This document shows, piece by piece, positions 19,182 through 21,593 of a DNA stretch of 21,593 nt. A program made the translations under genes and the position numbers. The notes below the pieces were generated by a model. The model saw only the letters and a program-made list of their open reading frames with translations, had not been told where the DNA came from and made no database searches. Source of the stretch: an uncultured Clostridia bacterium (GTDB lineage: Bacteria; Bacillota; Clostridia; Christensenellales; Aristaeellaceae); NCBI GenBank assembly GCA_937886445.1, contig CALGBY010000123.1, forward strand, positions 1-21,593, in the 5' to 3' direction. Position 1 is the first letter of the stretch, and each line of letters starts with the position of its first letter.

Positions 19182-19210
19182 TTGACAGATTGCCGCCGGT
19201 TTGATAAAAT
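19182..19210 (+). promoter_or_regulatory. Putative sigma-A promoter for tRNA-Arg (TTGACA -17- TAAAAT)
   Basis: Consensus -35 TTGACA at 19182-19187, 17-nt spacer, TAAAAT at 19205-19210. The tRNA 5' end is 13 nt downstream. Confidence 0.6.
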
Positions 19211-19222
19211 ACACATGTTCGT

Positions 19223-19299
19223 GGACCCGTAGCTCAGCTGGATAGAGTGTCAGACTCCGACTCTGAAGGCCGCGCGTTCGAATCGCGCCGGGTTCGCCA
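19223..19299 (+). tRNA. tRNA-Arg (anticodon CCG), CCA encoded
   Basis: Hand-folded cloverleaf. Acceptor GGACCCG/CGGGTTC, D arm GCTC-AGCTGGATA-GAGT, anticodon stem TCAGA/TCTGA with loop CTCCGAC (anticodon CCG). Variable loop AGGCC, T arm GCGCG-TTCGAAT-CGCGC, discriminator G, then CCA. Confidence 0.92.
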
Positions 19300-19306
19300 C
19301 AAAGAA

Positions 19307-19348
19307 ACGCCTTGAATCCCTTGAAAAATAAGGGGTTCAGGGCGTTTT
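19307..19348 (+). terminator. Rho-independent terminator of tRNA-Arg
   Basis: 15-bp stem ACGCCTTGAATCCCT / AGGGGTTCAGGGCGT (two G-U pairs that form only in the + strand RNA), about 9-nt loop, then TTTT. Confidence 0.8.
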
Positions 19349-19385
19349 CAATGTCTTCTATGTTTATGAATTTATCGCGAAATCT

Positions 19386-19448
19386 GCGACAAAAAACGAC
19401 AAAAGCGACTGGTTTTGGGGTCTGCCGGGGGTCAAATGGGGGTCAATT
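19386..19448. repeat. Two sets of short tandem/phased direct repeats (CGAC-An x3; GGGGTC x3 at 11-bp spacing)
   Basis: GCGAC at 19386, CGAC at 19397 and GCGAC at 19405, separated by A-runs. GGGGTC starts at 19417, 19428 and 19439. The last two are adjacent 11-mers, GGGGGTCAAAT and GGGGGTCAATT. Confidence 0.6.
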
Positions 19449-19509
19449 TTAAAGACTTTATAGAGAGCGGAAAGCAGAAACTGATAGGATCACATTGTCA
19501 TTAAGCTTT

Positions 19510-19556
19510 GGAAAAGAAAAAAGCACCGGCTACACCGTAAATGATGCAGCCGGTAC
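19510..19556 (-). terminator. Strong minus-strand Rho-independent terminator with no adjacent gene
   Basis: Minus-strand RNA: GUACCGGCUGC, 12-nt loop, GUAGCCGGUGC (11 bp including two G-U), then UUUUUUCUUUUCC. On the + strand the G-U pairs become A-C mismatches, so it is strand specific. Confidence 0.7.
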
Positions 19557-20028
19557 CGGCAGAGAGGCGCCAATAGAAGAATGATCGTCCCTATCCGCTG
19601 AAGGCGGTTTCGAAACCAATTAGGTTTTCAACGATAAAGTATCACAATTTACTTTCCTTTGCCAGTAGTGTTAGACAACAATATTCTTTGAAGTGCAATA
19701 TCCTCCACAACAGAGCTTCCGGTTCTTTGAAAGGCCTCAGACGATTTATACCTGTAACAAGCAGATCTGTTCAGTATTGAGAGGATCTTAGCCTAAGTTT
19801 CCGTGAAGAACCAGATTATTGAAGCAAAGGAAAATACCTTTCTGCCAGACACCCCTCATCCAGAAGAATTCCAATTGCATTGATGTTATAATCAGTATTC
19901 ATGATCTCAGGCCTTTCGATCGTCCGGATTGTGGCATTCGATGATCCAGAGACAGATAGTTCTGGTGCGGTAAGGATGGATATAGCGGAGTAAGTACAGA
20001 GCGATAAACTGGGATTTAACTATCCAAA

Positions 20029-20847
20029 TTAGATTTTACAGTAGCAGCGTCCATCTTTTTCACTTACATATATTTCACATTTAGACACTTCCTCGTCACC
20101 TGGCAAAATGCTAATCGCATTTCTAATAATATATTTTCCTAACAAGTTAAATGTATCTCCTTCTGATATCTTACCATTTGACAATTTTCCTGTTATCCAT
20201 CCTCTTCGCAATAAATCCAACAACCATTCTCGTTTATGCATAATCAATTCTATGGTTTTTTCACTTTTTATATCTGTAAAAGCCATCAACAAATAAGACA
20301 CTGGAATACCTTGTTGAATTGCTGCTTGTCCCCTTCCAAACGTAAGAAATATTTCTCCCAATGGATTTACTAATTTATTTATCCATTCTTCATTATTTGG
20401 ATATACAACTGCAAGTAATCTTAACACACTTATTCCCGTTATCAAACATTCGCCTTGTGTGCATGAATTTCCAAAACAAGCTTTCTTTAATCTTTCCAAT
20501 GTGTTTTTTACCATATCGTTAACTACTTCATTCTCAGGTGAAAACAAATATAGCAACCTAATTATTTCTAATTCATAATGATTCGCATATAATATATTTG
20601 TTTTAGGCAAATAGCCTTGAACAAGCCTATGTTTCTTATTTCCGTTGTACGGAGGAATGTAGTAATTAGGATACATATTGCTTGTTTCGGCATTTACTCT
20701 CATACGCTTTTTATATTTCATTATATCTTCTTCACTATATACTCCGTTTAAAAAAACAGATTCTACTTCCTCTTTTTCATCAGATGATATTTCTTCACCC
20801 AATAACATCCTTCTATTTATTTCCATAAGTACTTTATACATTTCCAT
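20029..20847 (-). CDS. Hypothetical protein, 272 aa, no family recognised
   Basis: Long ORF in an AT-rich context where random ORFs are short. AAGAGG upstream of the ATG. Composition looks helical (by-eye impression only). Cys at residues 124, 129, 134, 257, 268 and 270. No catalytic motif I can name. Confidence 0.7.
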   Translation of the reverse strand: MEMYKVLMEINRRMLLGEEISSDEKEEVESVFLNGVYSEEDIMKYKKRMRVNAETSNMYPNYYIPPYNGNKKHRLVQGYLPKTNILYANHYELEIIRLLYLFSPENEVVNDMVKNTLERLKKACFGNSCTQGECLITGISVLRLLAVVYPNNEEWINKLVNPLGEIFLTFGRGQAAIQQGIPVSYLLMAFTDIKSEKTIELIMHKREWLLDLLRRGWITGKLSNGKISEGDTFNLLGKYIIRNAISILPGDEEVSKCEIYVSEKDGRCYCKI

Positions 20848-20984
20848 AAAAACCTCTTAACTTCTGCCACCATATTAATATAAAGACACACTTAGATGGT
20901 ACATATGCTGATAAATATCCGCTGATAAAAAAATTGTGAATTTCCAATTTTCCTAACTAACTCATCTGCTCGACATACTGGGAT

Positions 20985-21398
20985 TTATCTGTGTTTATAC
21001 ATCACGATTTCTGGGTCAGCACCATTACACCCATACTCACACACAAGAATAAAATCTTCATTTGCAACAACACCATAGCAACGCTCTGAGTTTGTTCTTT
21101 CAATCTGATTACCCAGATATACATCTTTATCATTCAGGAACTTTACTGTCGTTCCGTTTGACAATGGGTATTCCAGATTCACATAGGCTCCATTCAGCAA
21201 AAACAGTTCGCTTATTGTCAATCCTTCAATGCATAGGGCATTTATCTCGTCAATCAGGCTATTTTTCAGCGCAGCGAAGTTCTTGTTTCTTTCTGCAATA
21301 CAGCTTCCTCCAAATGGATGACCATTACACTTTTCGCACCCACCGCACTGCGCTGCTTTGCTGCAATCTTTGCAGCAATCCATACCACAATATGTCAT
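20985..21398 (-). CDS. Hypothetical Cys-rich protein, 137 aa (N-terminal 8-Cys putative metal-binding cluster)
   Basis: GGAGGA RBS 6 nt upstream of the ATG. The N-terminus MTYCGMDCCKDCSKAAQCGGCEKCNGHPFGGSC has Cys at 4, 8, 9, 12, 18, 21, 24 and 33 plus His27. 12 Cys in total. Confidence 0.75.
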   Translation of the reverse strand: MTYCGMDCCKDCSKAAQCGGCEKCNGHPFGGSCIAERNKNFAALKNSLIDEINALCIEGLTISELFLLNGAYVNLEYPLSNGTTVKFLNDKDVYLGNQIERTNSERCYGVVANEDFILVCEYGCNGADPEIVMYKHR

Positions 21399-21446
21399 AC
21401 GATTTCCTCCACAAATTAGAATTTGTCTACTGCGCTAAAGAGTACA

Positions 21447-21593
21447 TTATCTGCACAAGTACCCCTCAAAAAACTGTTCAACGAAATGAATGTTTTTCAT
21501 GATCTCCTCATCAGAAAAATCGGAGCCTTCCTTTGCAACAATCCATTTGTCTTCAACATCGTTTGTTCTGTGATAAACAGCAATTACAATCCC
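21447..21593 (-). CDS. C-terminal 48 codons of a hypothetical protein truncated by the window edge
   Basis: Open minus-strand frame from the window end to TAA (complement of 21447-21449), translating ...GIVIAVYHRTNDVEDKWIVAKEGSDFSDEEIMKNIHFVEQFFEGYLCR*. Co-oriented with, and 48 nt upstream of, the 137-aa ORF. Not in the ORF track because it is under 60 aa. Confidence 0.4.
   Translation of the reverse strand, partial: GIVIAVYHRTNDVEDKWIVAKEGSDFSDEEIMKNIHFVEQFFEGYLCR

Noticed and set aside
19351-19452. 33-aa + strand ORF (MSSMFMNLSRNLRQKTTKATGFGVCRGSNGGQF) starting at the end of the tRNA terminator
   Set aside because: It has no RBS and starts immediately after a terminator. Its sequence is dictated by the CGAC-An and GGGGTC repeats.
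19546-19607. Perfect 12-nt palindromes GCCGGTACCGGC (19549-19560) and GGTTTCGAAACC (19596-19607)
   Set aside because: The first overlaps the terminator stem. The second would form only a 4-bp hairpin. There is no repeated occurrence or associated gene to suggest an operator.
19884-19892. Extended -10-like TGtTATAAT on the + strand
   Set aside because: There is no -35 and no downstream + strand gene. A transcript would only run antisense into the 272-aa ORF. A single such match is expected by chance in AT-rich DNA.
19816-19902. 28-aa minus-strand ORF (MNTDYNINAIGILLDEGCLAERYFPLLQ) with a weak AAAGG upstream
   Set aside because: It is too short. It has no hydrophobic or toxin-like character and I cannot show conservation. 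It is covered by the finding on the ORF-free interval.
19716-19930. Imperfect inverted repeat of about 38 nt (19716-19753 versus 19893-19930) centred on GAAAGGCCT
   Set aside because: Only about 24/38 positions match. The core is the self-complementary AGGCCT, which inflates the similarity. This is not enough to call a MITE or a structured RNA.
19300-20028. Search for an integrase gene or pseudogene and for a duplicated tRNA 3' end (att) next to tRNA-Arg
   Set aside because: All six frames are broken by stops. I saw no R..H-x-x-R..Y recombinase motifs in the fragments I translated, and no second copy of the tRNA 3' end in the window. Mobility is therefore not demonstrated.
1-21593. CRISPR arrays, IS elements/transposases, rRNA genes, riboswitch or T-box leaders
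   Set aside because: No regularly spaced repeats and no transposase-like ORFs. All intergenic regions in the core are too short (under 110 nt) for leader RNAs, apart from the tRNA/NUDIX control region examined above.

Overview
This looks like a chromosomal segment from a moderate-GC Firmicute with Clostridia-like gene order. I cannot name the species. About 19 kb is tightly packed housekeeping DNA. On the + strand are aroK-ppiB-zapA-U32 (linked by ATGA start/stop overlaps) and then mutS2, an OmpR-type response regulator, a histidine kinase and ispE. These converge at a bidirectional hairpin (9429-9462) with a nine-gene minus-strand operon: def-fmt-rsmB-rlmN-stp-prkC-rsgA-rpe-rsmA. That order matches the conserved Bacillus/Clostridium def...rpe cluster, here with rsmA appended. 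A stand-alone NUDIX gene and a tRNA-Arg(CCG) with its own promoter and terminator follow. Right of the tRNA the sequence changes character. About 680 bp has no ORF of 60 aa or more. It contains short helically phased repeats lying between two convergent terminators, the minus-strand one about 470 nt from the nearest gene. Beyond it is an AT-rich block (17/60 to 24/60 G+C in three hand-counted 60-nt lines, against 28/60 in one core line). This block carries at least three co-oriented minus-strand ORFs that I cannot place in a named family: a 272-aa protein, a 137-aa protein with an 8-Cys N-terminal cluster, and a third ORF cut by the window edge. This tRNA-flanked islet is the only candidate for something undescribed, and only its edge is visible. 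I saw no integrase, IS element, CRISPR array, rRNA or duplicated att site. All calls come from reading motifs by eye, with no searches run.
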